A stretch of 52,187 nucleotides of DNA from Patescibacteria group bacterium (lineage in GTDB: Bacteria > Bacillota > UBA4882 > JAAYXC01). The DNA lies in assembly GCA_050260175.1 (NCBI GenBank), contig JBLNBS010000171.1, positions 1 through 52,187 of the forward strand, written 5' to 3'. Each line of letters starts with the position of its first letter. Position 1 is the stretch's first letter. The position numbers and the translations under genes are program-made. Shown here one piece after another: positions 18,334 to 27,157 of the stretch. The notes beneath the pieces were generated by a model. That model searched no databases. It was not told the DNA's origin and saw only the letters and a list, made by a program, of their open reading frames with translations.

Positions 18334-19540
18334 GATCATGATTGTTTTTTTCAGGCCTTGCCTCACCCCGCTTGGTCCACCGCTGCTTGCGCGGCCCCGC
18401 GGCGGCGAGCAGGATGCCCTCCAATGCCATGGCGGCCAGGATAAAGACGGCGGCTACGGCAAAAGCCGACGCGAGTGTGCCGGCTTGGGCCGCCATGCCG
18501 CCGATAAGCGGGCCAATCAGGGTGCCGAGGCTGAGGACCATCTCGTGATAGCCGCTTTGGCCGCCCCGGTCACTGGCGCCGTTCTGGCCGTAGAACATGC
18601 TGGAAAAGTAGGTCATGCCCGCGCCGAGGCCGAACAGGCCAAAAGCCACGAAGAACACGGTCCGCCCGGGCGAAAGCCACAAGAGGAGCGCCGCTCCGGC
18701 AGCAAGGCCCTGGCAGGCCAGGAGCGGATCGGCTCGATAAGCCCAACCGCGCTTGCGGTTCATCGCGGCCACCGTCATGAACCAGCAGACATAGAGTGTG
18801 GCATTGACGGCGCCGACGGCCTGGCCCGGCAGACCCGCCGCCAGGCTCAGCTTTGGAAAGATGAAGCGCAGGATGCCGATGGTCACCCAGGTCGCAAAGT
18901 TGGCTATTCGGCTCAGCGCGACAAAGAGCAGGCGGTCGCGTCCATCGGGGCCGAGGCTCCGCCCGTCTCGCGCGGCATGGTGCGGCGCGGTTGCAGCGCC
19001 GCTCTTGTCTGGCGTCGCGGCAATGAGGGCGCCGACCACCGCTGCGCAGACGCAGCCGAGGATGACGGCAGGCGCCACGTCCAGCCTGGCAAAGAGACCG
19101 CCCAGGAGGCAGCCTGCCGCCAGGCCGGCGGTGATGGCCATGCCGAAACGTCCGAGATGCCGCAGGAGATCCTCGTTCTCGGAATCCAGGCCCGTCCAGG
19201 CCTCGATCAGGGGCCAAAAAACGGCGTTGGCCGTCCCACTGAGGAAAAAGGCCAAAAAGATGGGGATGATGCCGGAGTGGCCGAGCGTGATAAAGGCCGC
19301 CGCCTTCAGGCAGCAGGCGGCCAGGATAGGCCTGCGGCGGCCCACTCTGTCCGAGAGCCGGCCAAAAAGCGGATTCCCGATCACCCGCGCCAAAAGATGC
19401 GCCGTGCCCGTGAGCCCCAGCACCAGGGGGCTGTCGATCACCCGGGCCGCCGCCAGGGTAGCCACGATCATGAACAACCCGTAACAGATCTCCATGATCA
19501 GGGCTGCGGCGAAAAGCTTGGTTTGATGCGCTTGGGGCAT
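18311..19540 (-). CDS. MFS transporter
   Basis: About 12 hydrophobic segments; motif A GRLSDRVGRR; G..IGP.IGG. Confidence 0.9.
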   Translation of the reverse strand: MPQAHQTKLFAAALIMEICYGLFMIVATLAAARVIDSPLVLGLTGTAHLLARVIGNPLFGRLSDRVGRRRPILAACCLKAAAFITLGHSGIIPIFLAFFLSGTANAVFWPLIEAWTGLDSENEDLLRHLGRFGMAITAGLAAGCLLGGLFARLDVAPAVILGCVCAAVVGALIAATPDKSGAATAPHHAARDGRSLGPDGRDRLLFVALSRIANFATWVTIGILRFIFPKLSLAAGLPGQAVGAVNATLYVCWFMTVAAMNRKRGWAYRADPLLACQGLAAGAALLLWLSPGRTVFFVAFGLFGLGAGMTYFSSMFYGQNGASDRGGQSGYHEMVLSLGTLIGPLIGGMAAQAGTLASAFAVAAVFILAAMALEGILLAAAGPRKQRWTKRGEARPEKNNHDLDKNAQV

Positions 19541-19777
19541 GGCTGTCCTCCTTTGCCTGGATCCCGATCCGGTTTTCCACCATCTTCGGCAATCCTACTC
19601 TCCTCCCTGCCAGGCGAAACATCCTCACGCCGTTTCCAGAGTAAACTTTGGCAGAAGGTTACTCCGCCGACGCGGCGAATTCTCCCTTGCGATAGTGCGA
19701 AATCAAGGCTGCTCGTTCGAACGGCGCGCGGCCGGCGACGAATCGCGGATTCTCCATCATGCGAGGAGTGACCAAAG

Positions 19778-20479
19778 ATGGCACCGACCGTCCTGATCAC
19801 CGGCGCCGATGAGGGCCTGGGATTCGCCCTGGCCCGCCGTTTCCTGGACGGGGGCTTTACCGTCCTCGCCGGCCGCTACAACCGTTCCCTGGCGGCCCTG
19901 CCGGGCCTGGCCGCCGCCCGCTCTGGCCTGCATATCGTGGACCTCGACGTCGCGGACGGTGCCTCGGTGGCAGCCGCCCACGCATGCGTGGCCGGGCTTG
20001 TCTCCTCCCTCGACATCCTCATCAACAACGCCGGCATCCACCCCCCCGCCTCCAATAACGCGCTGCCCCTCGTGGACTTCGCGGTCATGGAGCGGACCCT
20101 TGCCGTCAACGCCATCGGCCCTCTGCGGGTGGTGCAGCGCTTCCTCCCCCTGGTCCTCGCGGGGGAAAAAAAGCTCCTCGTCAACATCTCCTCGGAGGCG
20201 GGGAGCATCGGCGCCTGCCGGCGCAAGGCCGAGTTCGACTACTGCATGTCCAAGGCCGCCCTGAATATGCAGTCAAAAATCCTCCAGAATTATCTGCGGG
20301 ACTTTGGCGTCAAGGTATTGGCACTCCATCCGGGTTGGATGCGGACGGCCATGGGCGGGCCCGACGCGGATCTCGCGCCGGAGGAAGCGGCCGATGCCAT
20401 CTACAACCTGGCCGCCGCCCCTCCCCCCCTGGACGGCCCGATCTACCTGGACTACCTCGGCCGCGAGATGCCGTGGTAG
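19778..20479 (+). CDS. Short-chain dehydrogenase/reductase (C-factor/sniffer-like)
   Basis: TGADEGLG, LINNAG, catalytic YCMSK, HPGWMRT.MGG. Confidence 0.92.
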   Translation: MAPTVLITGADEGLGFALARRFLDGGFTVLAGRYNRSLAALPGLAAARSGLHIVDLDVADGASVAAAHACVAGLVSSLDILINNAGIHPPASNNALPLVDFAVMERTLAVNAIGPLRVVQRFLPLVLAGEKKLLVNISSEAGSIGACRRKAEFDYCMSKAALNMQSKILQNYLRDFGVKVLALHPGWMRTAMGGPDADLAPEEAADAIYNLAAAPPPLDGPIYLDYLGREMPW

Positions 20480-20520
20480 GCCGGACGAACCCCGCCGCGC
20501 GGGCAGAGGAGTTGAAGCGC

Positions 20521-21042
20521 ATGGAACCTGATTTGACCGCGCAGATCCTGGCTGCTTTGGCCCGCGTCGAGGCCCGCCTGGCTTCCCTGGAGGAACGCCG
20601 GCCGCGCCGGCAGCCGCCGGATGAAACGGCGGACAGCCGGTCCGCGCCCGCCCGCGGCGAGACGCAGCCCAAGCGGGCGCGCGCGGCGATGGGAGGCAAC
20701 GAGGAGGAGAACTGGCTCGATGTGCCCGAGGACAAAATCGCCGCGGTCATGGCCCCGTTCGCCAGCGAACAGCGGATCAAGCTCCTCAAATCGCTCTATC
20801 TCGGTATCTCCGAATCGGGCCAGCTCAAGGATTTCACCGGCTTGACCGGGGGCCAGCTCTACCACCACCTGAAAGAGCTTGCCCTGGCCAAATTCCTGTC
20901 CAAACAGGTCCGCGGCGAGTACGGCCTTTCCAGCTTCGGCTACTATGCCTTTTCGGCCATCATGATCCTGGTCACGGATCTCCTCGCGGAGGACCTGCCG
21001 GAGGAACTGATCGCGCCTGAGGAAATCGGCCAGCTAGATTGA
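20521..21042 (+). CDS. Winged-helix (ArsR-like) DNA-binding protein
   Basis: FASEQRIKLLK.L...L...TGLTGGQLYHHLKEL...RGEY pattern; ATG at 20521 after GAGGAG. Confidence 0.78.
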   Translation: MEPDLTAQILAALARVEARLASLEERRPRRQPPDETADSRSAPARGETQPKRARAAMGGNEEENWLDVPEDKIAAVMAPFASEQRIKLLKSLYLGISESGQLKDFTGLTGGQLYHHLKELALAKFLSKQVRGEYGLSSFGYYAFSAIMILVTDLLAEDLPEELIAPEEIGQLD

Positions 21043-21075
21043 GTCCCGAGCGCGCGGCCACCGTCTTGCGGCTAC

Positions 21076-21109
21076 CAAAAACGGGAAGCCCCGCCCGGGG
21101 CTTCCCGTT
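21076..21109. terminator. Intrinsic terminator between convergent genes (U-tail on the minus strand)
   Basis: AAAAACGGGAAGCCCCG-CC-CGGGGCTTCCCGTT inverted repeat. Confidence 0.8.
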
Positions 21110-21269
21110 CATGAATTGCCGGTTTTTTTCTTTTTCCGCTTTTCTTGCCGTCAGGGAGAAGGGGCTTCACGCAGCTAGCGGCGCAGGGAGGTGACGCCTG
21201 CCAGGTCGTTGCCTGGTTTGCCTGCGTGTCGGTTCATCATATGCACCCGTATGCCGCGCGAACCAGGGA

Positions 21270-22946
21270 TTAAGGCAGATGTGTCGGCGCGATCCCCACC
21301 CGGTTCCGGCCCGCCCGTTTGGCGTGATAGAGGCCCTCGTCCGCCTTTTGCAGGAGTTGGCTTGGGTCCGCGGTGTGATGGGGGTACGAAGCCACGCCCA
21401 GGCTGGCCGTGATGCTCACCACCGCCTGTCCCCGCGTGTATGACGCGCCGGCCATCCTCGCGCGGGTCGCCTCCGCGTACCGGGAGGCCTCCCCCAGCCC
21501 GGTGTCCGGCATCAGGAGCACGAACTCGTCGCCACCGAACCTGGCCAGCGCCATCTCCTCGCCCGCATCGGCCTTCAAGGTTTGCGCCAGGCGCTGCAAC
21601 AACTCGTCCCCGGCCTCGTGCCCGAAAGAGTCGTTGATCCGCTTGAAATGATCGATATCGAGCAAAAGGACGGAAAGCGGACGCTCGTTGCCTGCACGTT
21701 CGAGTTCCAGCGCAAAGCGCTCCTGGAAGTAGTGCCGGTTCCAGAGGCCGGTCAGGGCGTCATGGGTCGCCATATACCGGATCTCGCGGTTGAGTTTGGC
21801 GTTTTCGAGCGCCAGGGAGATCTGCCCGCTCACCGTGGAAAGCAGGCGGCGGTGCTCCTCCATGGAAGAGGGCAGGTGGTCGTATTCCACCAAAAGCAGG
21901 CCTTCGCGCTTTCCCTTGCTCCACAGGGGGGCGCAAAACAGCCCGTTGACGCCGCGTTTCGCCCAGAACACCTTTTCGTCCTCGCCAAGGTCCTCATAGG
22001 AGAGGATGAGGTTCCCTTCCCAGCATCTAGCAAGAAGGTTGCCAAAGAGGGGGAACGTTTCGATCTCTTGTCCCCCGCCGGCCCTGGCCTGTTGCCTCAG
22101 ATACGGACCGTCCGGATCCAGGAGATAGATGGAGCAGGACTTGGCGCCCAGGAGGCCGAGCAGGATATCGACCACTTTGGCCACGATGGTTTCCGGGGCA
22201 AGTTCCGAGGAGACCTCCTGCCCGATGAGGTACATGGCGTAAATCTCCGCGTATCTCTCCTCGAGCAGGAGGTGGATTTCGGTCAATTGGCTGAGCTGCT
22301 TTTCCTGATCGGCCTGGACATTCCTCAGGCGGGCGATGGTGGCGGCCAGCTTCCGCCGGAGGTTGCGTTCGGCATGCGCCGACAAAAGGCCGAGCAACGC
22401 CGCCGCACCCAGGCAAAAGATTGTCAACGCGAGGCTGAATGGGATCGCTACGGCCGAGGGCGTGAAACGCCCGCTCGCGATCAGCACGGCTGAGATGATC
22501 GTCGCCAGCAGGCTGACAGCCACGGCCAGGTACAGCCGGCAGAAGAGGCATGCGCCGACGATTTCCAGGCCGTAGAGGATAAAGAGGGGGAAGGCGGGAT
22601 TCCCCCCGAGAAAGAGGGCGGCCGTGATGCCGGCCAGATTTGCCAGGTGAAAAAGGGCGAGCCGGACGGGAAAGGGGATGAGTCTGGTGGAAACGATCAT
22701 CCCGTCCACAAAGGTGAGGGCGAGGCAGACAAGCACGAGGCCCCCGAAAGCCGCGCGAACGCCGGGGGAGCCCAGCGACCAGACGGCCGCGAGCAAGATC
22801 GTGCCGATAGCGCAGAACACCACGGCCCATCTGGTAAAAGCTCCCGTGTTGGCCTCGGATTCCTTTTCCTCGAGCTCGTCCACTATTGGGTAAGCCACCA
22901 CCCGCAAGGATCCCTGCTTCCGTAAAGATCGATTTATCCCAGGCAA
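21270..22946 (-). CDS. Membrane-anchored GAF-GGDEF diguanylate cyclase
   Basis: About 6 TM segments, coiled coil, GAF-like region ending LALENAKL, DALTGLWNR, DIDHFKRIND..GH..GD, RFGGDEF, AKRAGRN. Start codon uncertain. Confidence 0.92.
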   Translation of the reverse strand: MPGINRSLRKQGSLRVVAYPIVDELEEKESEANTGAFTRWAVVFCAIGTILLAAVWSLGSPGVRAAFGGLVLVCLALTFVDGMIVSTRLIPFPVRLALFHLANLAGITAALFLGGNPAFPLFILYGLEIVGACLFCRLYLAVAVSLLATIISAVLIASGRFTPSAVAIPFSLALTIFCLGAAALLGLLSAHAERNLRRKLAATIARLRNVQADQEKQLSQLTEIHLLLEERYAEIYAMYLIGQEVSSELAPETIVAKVVDILLGLLGAKSCSIYLLDPDGPYLRQQARAGGGQEIETFPLFGNLLARCWEGNLILSYEDLGEDEKVFWAKRGVNGLFCAPLWSKGKREGLLLVEYDHLPSSMEEHRRLLSTVSGQISLALENAKLNREIRYMATHDALTGLWNRHYFQERFALELERAGNERPLSVLLLDIDHFKRINDSFGHEAGDELLQRLAQTLKADAGEEMALARFGGDEFVLLMPDTGLGEASRYAEATRARMAGASYTRGQAVVSITASLGVASYPHHTADPSQLLQKADEGLYHAKRAGRNRVGIAPTHLP

Positions 22947-23162
22947 AACGCTGCCGCAAGCTCTCGTGATTTGACTGGCAGTTCACGGAGGTCACGGATT
23001 CAGGGGATCTATACCATATTTATCGGCGCCGGCCGCGATGTAATAAACCGGCATTTAGAGGATGGAAACCATCACGAGGCCCGCCGCGCCGCTGGTTCCG
23101 GTGTGCGGCGGCCAAGGCCTTATACCGGGGTTGCGAAAGCGTGAGTATTGTCCGCAGCTTGT

Positions 23163-23202
23163 TGCGGCTTTGACGCCGGCTTGCATGGCGGCCAAAGCCG
23201 CA
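23163..23202. repeat. Isolated inverted repeat/hairpin in the GGDEF-SPFH intergenic region
   Basis: TGCGGCTTTGACGCC...GGCGGCCAAAGCCGCA. Confidence 0.5.
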
Positions 23203-23272
23203 GGTAACAAAGGTAATGTCGAGATCCGGATTAAAGCAACTTTACGCTTTTTGACACGTAGGGATGCCTCAG

Positions 23273-23381
23273 GAGCCTGTGCGCGTAATGCCACGGACCA
23301 CTAGATACAGTGGTACCGCGTGGCACTTGATACCAGAGTTTGTGCTCCAAATGCCATAAATTAGGTTAGTCGCACAAACTC
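23273..23381. repeat. 109-bp structured element, copy A (MITE-like or ncRNA)
   Basis: Aligns without gaps to 26128-26236 (76/109 identical by manual count). Terminal inverted repeats approximate GAGTCTGTGCGACTAA; two internal hairpins. Confidence 0.75.
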
Positions 23382-23436
23382 TTAGGTGAACCGTGCGCTG
23401 GTATCCGAACAAGCAAACATTACGGAGGTGTGGAGC

Positions 23437-24351
23437 TTGCCAACCAATCTCGCTCTCATCCTGTTCTGGGTGGCGGCCGCCTGGTGGGCTCTCTGGATCG
23501 TTCTGGCCCTCGCCAAGAAAGCCACCACTATCTTTCTCTTCCTTGTGGCAACGGGGGCGATCTGGGGCTTCTTCAACTACCGCGGCGCCCAATCCGCCAC
23601 CGGCGTCTCCGGCTATCTTCTCCTTCTTATTCCCATCTTCTTCTTGCCCAGCATGGTCAGGATTATCACGGAGTACGAGCGCGGCGTCCTCTTCCGCTTT
23701 GGCCGTCAAAAAGCGCTGCTCGGGCCGGGGCTCAATCTGATCTTCCCCATGGGCATCGACGCCGTGCGCCGCATCGACCTGCGCACCTTTACCATCGACG
23801 TGCCCAAGCAAGAGGTCATCACCAAGGACAACGTCCCCGTGCTCGTGGACGCCGTGGTCTATTTCAACGTCTTCGATCCCATCCTGGCCGTGGTCAAGGT
23901 GGCGGACTACGTCAAGAGCACGTCGCTCCTGGGCCAGACCATCCTCCGCTCCGTCCTGGGCCAGCACGATCTGGACGAGATGCTCTCCAAGCGGGGCGAA
24001 CTCAACGACGTGCTCAAGGATTTGCTGGATGTGGCCACCGATCCCTGGGGGATCAAGGTCACGGCCGTGGAGATCAAGGCGGTGGAACTGCCGGAGAGCA
24101 TGAAACGGGCCATGGCCAGGCAGGCGGAGGCCGAACGGGAGCGCCGGGCCAAGGTCATCGCCGCGGACGGCGAGTTCCAGGCCTCCGAGAAACTGACCGA
24201 GGCCGCCAGGGTCATCGGCGAGCATCCGGCCGCCATCCAGCTACGTTATCTCCAGACCCTGTCCGAGATCGCCATCGAAAAGAACTCGACGGTCCTCTTC
24301 CCGCTGCCCATAGAGGTGCTCAAGTTCTTCGAGCGCATGTCGGAGAAATAA
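23437..24351 (+). CDS. SPFH/stomatin (slipin) family membrane protein
   Basis: [54 protein letters not shown]; TTG start after GGAGGTG. Confidence 0.93.
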   Translation: MPTNLALILFWVAAAWWALWIVLALAKKATTIFLFLVATGAIWGFFNYRGAQSATGVSGYLLLLIPIFFLPSMVRIITEYERGVLFRFGRQKALLGPGLNLIFPMGIDAVRRIDLRTFTIDVPKQEVITKDNVPVLVDAVVYFNVFDPILAVVKVADYVKSTSLLGQTILRSVLGQHDLDEMLSKRGELNDVLKDLLDVATDPWGIKVTAVEIKAVELPESMKRAMARQAEAERERRAKVIAADGEFQASEKLTEAARVIGEHPAAIQLRYLQTLSEIAIEKNSTVLFPLPIEVLKFFERMSEK

Positions 24352-24375
24352 CCCGTTCTCACCAAACCGAACAAA

Positions 24376-24418
24376 GCCGTCCCTTTCCCGCGGTGCCGGG
24401 AGAGGGACGGCCTTTTTT
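24376..24418 (+). terminator. Intrinsic terminator
   Basis: GCCGTCCCTTTCCCG...CGGGAGAGGGACGGC followed by a T6 run. Confidence 0.8.
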
Positions 24419-24535
24419 CACGGCGGTGCCGAAAACCACGTACCTGCTCCCATGCAAAGACGCAGTAAGAGTTGAGTCAAAAGCAGTTGTATGGCAAGTC
24501 GGTTCCACTCTCGATGATCCGCTTGGACCGACCGG

Positions 24536-25855
24536 TTACCCGTTTTCCGCTTTCCCGGCGGCCGGGGGGATGAATTCGAAGATCAGGTTCAAGATGATGC
24601 CGACGATGGCCGCGGTGGCGATGGCGGGCAGTTTGGCCCCAAAGGCCGGTATCATGCCGCCGGAGAAGGCGAAGGTGCCGCCGATGCCGACGATCAGCAC
24701 GGTGGCGGCCACCGCCAAGGTGCGGGGGGAGAACATGTCCACCTTTTCGGAGATCATGATGGCAATGCCCTGCACACCAATCACGCCGAAGAGGTAGATC
24801 GACGCCCCGCCGATGACAGCCGCCGGGATCGTATTGATCACCGCCGCCAGTTTGCCGAAGAACGCGAGACCCATGGCGATGAGGGCCGCCGCGATCAGCA
24901 CCGGCACGGAGAAGTTGCGGCTGATGGTCATGACGCTGTTATTCTCGCCGTAATTGGTCCCGGCGGGTCCACCCATGACACCGGCCACGATGTCGCCGAT
25001 GCCATCCCCGATCAGGTTCTCGCCAAGCAATCCCGCGATGGGATATTCCTTCTTGCGCCCCAGCTTACGCGCGAGGTTGTTCACGTACAGATCGATCTGG
25101 TAGAGATGGGCGGTGGATTCAGGGATGGTGGCGATGGCGATGGGCATGATGGCCGCGATGGCGATCGGACTCCAGCTTGGCAAGGTAAAATGCGGCAATA
25201 CAATGATCTTGGCGCTGGCCACGGTGCCGAAATCGAGGCCTCCCTGGAGCAGCACCGTGAGGTAGCCGACGATGACGCCGAAAAGTACCGGGAGCTGGCC
25301 CCACACGCCGCGCAAGTAGACCGAGAAGACGATCGTCGCCACCAGGGTCACCAGGGCGGCGGTCCAGTTGGCCGCGGCACCGCCCATGGCGATATTGGCC
25401 AAGGAGATGCCGATGACAATGGCCACGCTGCCGGTGACGACCGGGGGCAGTATTTTCTTCACGATACCCTTGCCAAAGAGCTTGACGATCAGGCCGGCCG
25501 CGATGGAGACCAGGCCGGAGGCGATGATCCCGCACTGTGCTTGCGAGATTAGGGAATCCGGCGCGATATCTCCCATGTTCTTGACGGCCGTAATGGCGGC
25601 GACGGCGGCCACGTAAGAAAAACTTGAGCCGAAGTATAGCGGGATGCGCCGACGGGTGATCAGGATGAAGCATAAGGTGGCCAAACCGCTGGCGAAGATG
25701 GTGGTCGAAACGTGAAATCCGGTGACGAGCGCGACCATCACCGTGGCGGGAAACATCACGATCACTTGCTGCAGGGCAAAGAAGATTAGTTTTAGCACCG
25801 AAGGGGTGTCGTCGGGGAGGTAGCCGGTTGGCGCCAGGGGTTTCTTCGGATCCAT
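24536..25855 (-). CDS. NCS2 uracil/xanthine permease (UraA/PyrP-like)
   Basis: GSSFSY, PPVVTG, TNYGENNSV signature, many TM segments; ATG at 25855 after AAGGAGG. The PyrR leader supports uracil specificity. Confidence 0.92.
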   Translation of the reverse strand: MDPKKPLAPTGYLPDDTPSVLKLIFFALQQVIVMFPATVMVALVTGFHVSTTIFASGLATLCFILITRRRIPLYFGSSFSYVAAVAAITAVKNMGDIAPDSLISQAQCGIIASGLVSIAAGLIVKLFGKGIVKKILPPVVTGSVAIVIGISLANIAMGGAAANWTAALVTLVATIVFSVYLRGVWGQLPVLFGVIVGYLTVLLQGGLDFGTVASAKIIVLPHFTLPSWSPIAIAAIMPIAIATIPESTAHLYQIDLYVNNLARKLGRKKEYPIAGLLGENLIGDGIGDIVAGVMGGPAGTNYGENNSVMTISRNFSVPVLIAAALIAMGLAFFGKLAAVINTIPAAVIGGASIYLFGVIGVQGIAIMISEKVDMFSPRTLAVAATVLIVGIGGTFAFSGGMIPAFGAKLPAIATAAIVGIILNLIFEFIPPAAGKAENG

Positions 25856-25938
25856 CTGCCGACCTCCTTTTTTTGCGGATTCCCGGCCTGGGCTTATTCT
25901 AGGCACGGGCATCCGCTGACTACCCTATCCGGCGGCAC

Positions 25939-26027
25939 AAAAAAACACCTCCCGCCAAGTCGGCAAGAAGTGCCTGCACACCAAAGCAGCACACTCTTGC
26001 CGGCCTCGCCGGACCGCCTTAAAGAGT
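25939..26027 (-). promoter_or_regulatory. PyrR-binding attenuator leader
   Basis: CTTTAA-GGC-GGTCCGGCGAGGCCGG-CAAGAG matches the PyrR binding loop (CUUUAA..AGUCCnGnGAGGCU). It is followed by the terminator CACTTCTTGCCGA-C-TTGGCGGGAGGTG-T7 (25972-25939). Confidence 0.9.
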
Positions 26028-26040
26028 AGCTCCTATAAAA

Positions 26041-26069
26041 AGGATATCGTGCTTTTCCTTGGAAGTCAA
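26041..26069 (-). promoter_or_regulatory. SigA-type promoter of the uracil permease
   Basis: TTGACT, 17 nt, TATCCT directly upstream of the PyrR leader. Confidence 0.65.
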
Positions 26070-26127
26070 ACGGCCGCAGCCAGCTTATGCGCCATCCTGC
26101 TCGCGATGCCGCCGCCTGGTTGCCTGG

Positions 26128-26236
26128 GAGTCTGTCTGACTAATGCCGCCAGCACCTATATATCGTGGTACCGTGTGGCTCGTGCCACTAGAGTCTGTGC
26201 TCCTGCGGTCCAAAAACGGGTCAGTCGCACAGACTC
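26128..26236. repeat. 109-bp structured element, copy B
   Basis: Same length and orientation as 23273-23381. Stem GAGTCTGTGC/GCACAGACTC here versus GAGTTTGTGC/GCACAAACTC in copy A is a compensatory change. Confidence 0.75.
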
Positions 26237-26250
26237 CAGCGCTCACCAGA

Positions 26251-27045
26251 TCATTCCTCGTCCGGTTCCCGGTTGCCCAAACCGGTCCCCTCGATGGAGC
26301 CGCCCCAATAGAAATCAATCCAATCCACGTCCGCATCCGAGTCCACGTCGAATCCGATCTCGGAGAACCTCGTCTCGACGGCCACGGCCTGCACACCCAA
26401 CCGCGCGGCGACCCGGGCCTCCAGGTCGGCCACGCTGTATCGCCGGCAGCGCAGGCCGAGGAAGAAACCGAGGCCCAGCAAGCGCCCGAGCCGGCGCGGA
26501 TTCTTGCGCCAGGCCACGGCTGTAGCGATCCAATGCTCGTGCCGGTAAAAAGCGGCCGGCGTGAGCAGCACGATGTTGCCGCCGGTGAAGGTCCCGTCGC
26601 GCAGGGTCAGGTAGGTCCGAAGCGAGCCGGGATACGCCGCCTCGTAGGTCTCCCGACGGATGATGGGGTAGTGAATCTCGGCCGGGCGTTTTGCGCAACT
26701 CTGGATGAAATCGCTCAGGGCCGCCCGGGTAAGCAGGGGGAGATCGGAGGCCACGACCAAGGCCTGCTCCTCGGGTGGCAGGACGGACAAGCCCCGGCGC
26801 AGGTTCTCGACCAAGTCCTCCCCGGGCGCCACTACCTCGGTCAGCATAGCACGGTATTCGGACGCGGCCAGGTCGTCCGGGCCGACCAGGACCACCCGGT
26901 CCAGATCCGGTAGGGCGGAGAGCGCGCAGAGGGCTTGATCGAGCAGGCTGCGGCCCCCGATGACCAGACCGGCCCGATAACCTCCCTGGATTGAGTGTCT
27001 GCCAAGCTCCGCGGCTTTCGCGCCGGCCAAAATGACTGCGTTCAC
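26251..27045 (-). CDS. MobA-like nucleotidyltransferase family protein
   Basis: AVILAG N-terminus, ASDLPLL, FTGGN, FDVD...D C-terminus. Confidence 0.85.
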   Translation of the reverse strand: MNAVILAGAKAAELGRHSIQGGYRAGLVIGGRSLLDQALCALSALPDLDRVVLVGPDDLAASEYRAMLTEVVAPGEDLVENLRRGLSVLPPEEQALVVASDLPLLTRAALSDFIQSCAKRPAEIHYPIIRRETYEAAYPGSLRTYLTLRDGTFTGGNIVLLTPAAFYRHEHWIATAVAWRKNPRRLGRLLGLGFFLGLRCRRYSVADLEARVAARLGVQAVAVETRFSEIGFDVDSDADVDWIDFYWGGSIEGTGLGNREPDEE

Positions 27046-27157
27046 GCTAACGCCCCCGGTCGTCCCTTATTGATGGGATGTCATCATCATTCGCCAGAGG
27101 GGCGCCGTGTCCTGCCGGGCGAAGGGGGTTTATGCCGCCGCTTGCCATATAACGGAC

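Noticed and set aside
21168-21228. c-di-GMP-I riboswitch (GGCAAACC next to a GGDEF gene)
   Set aside because: It lacks the GNRA tetraloop and GACGCAAAGC junction, and it lies downstream of the gene with no ORF to control.
23055-23294. AgrD-like autoinducer peptide ORF (..AATSC..)
   Set aside because: No RBS, no conserved P-x-x-P tail and no agrB nearby; the region is explained by a hairpin and the 109-bp element.
23298-23313. Functional NrdR box (CCACTAGATACAGTGG; similar at 26153-26168)
   Set aside because: Single rather than tandem boxes, embedded in a repeated element, with no ribonucleotide reductase gene nearby. Kept only as a remark.
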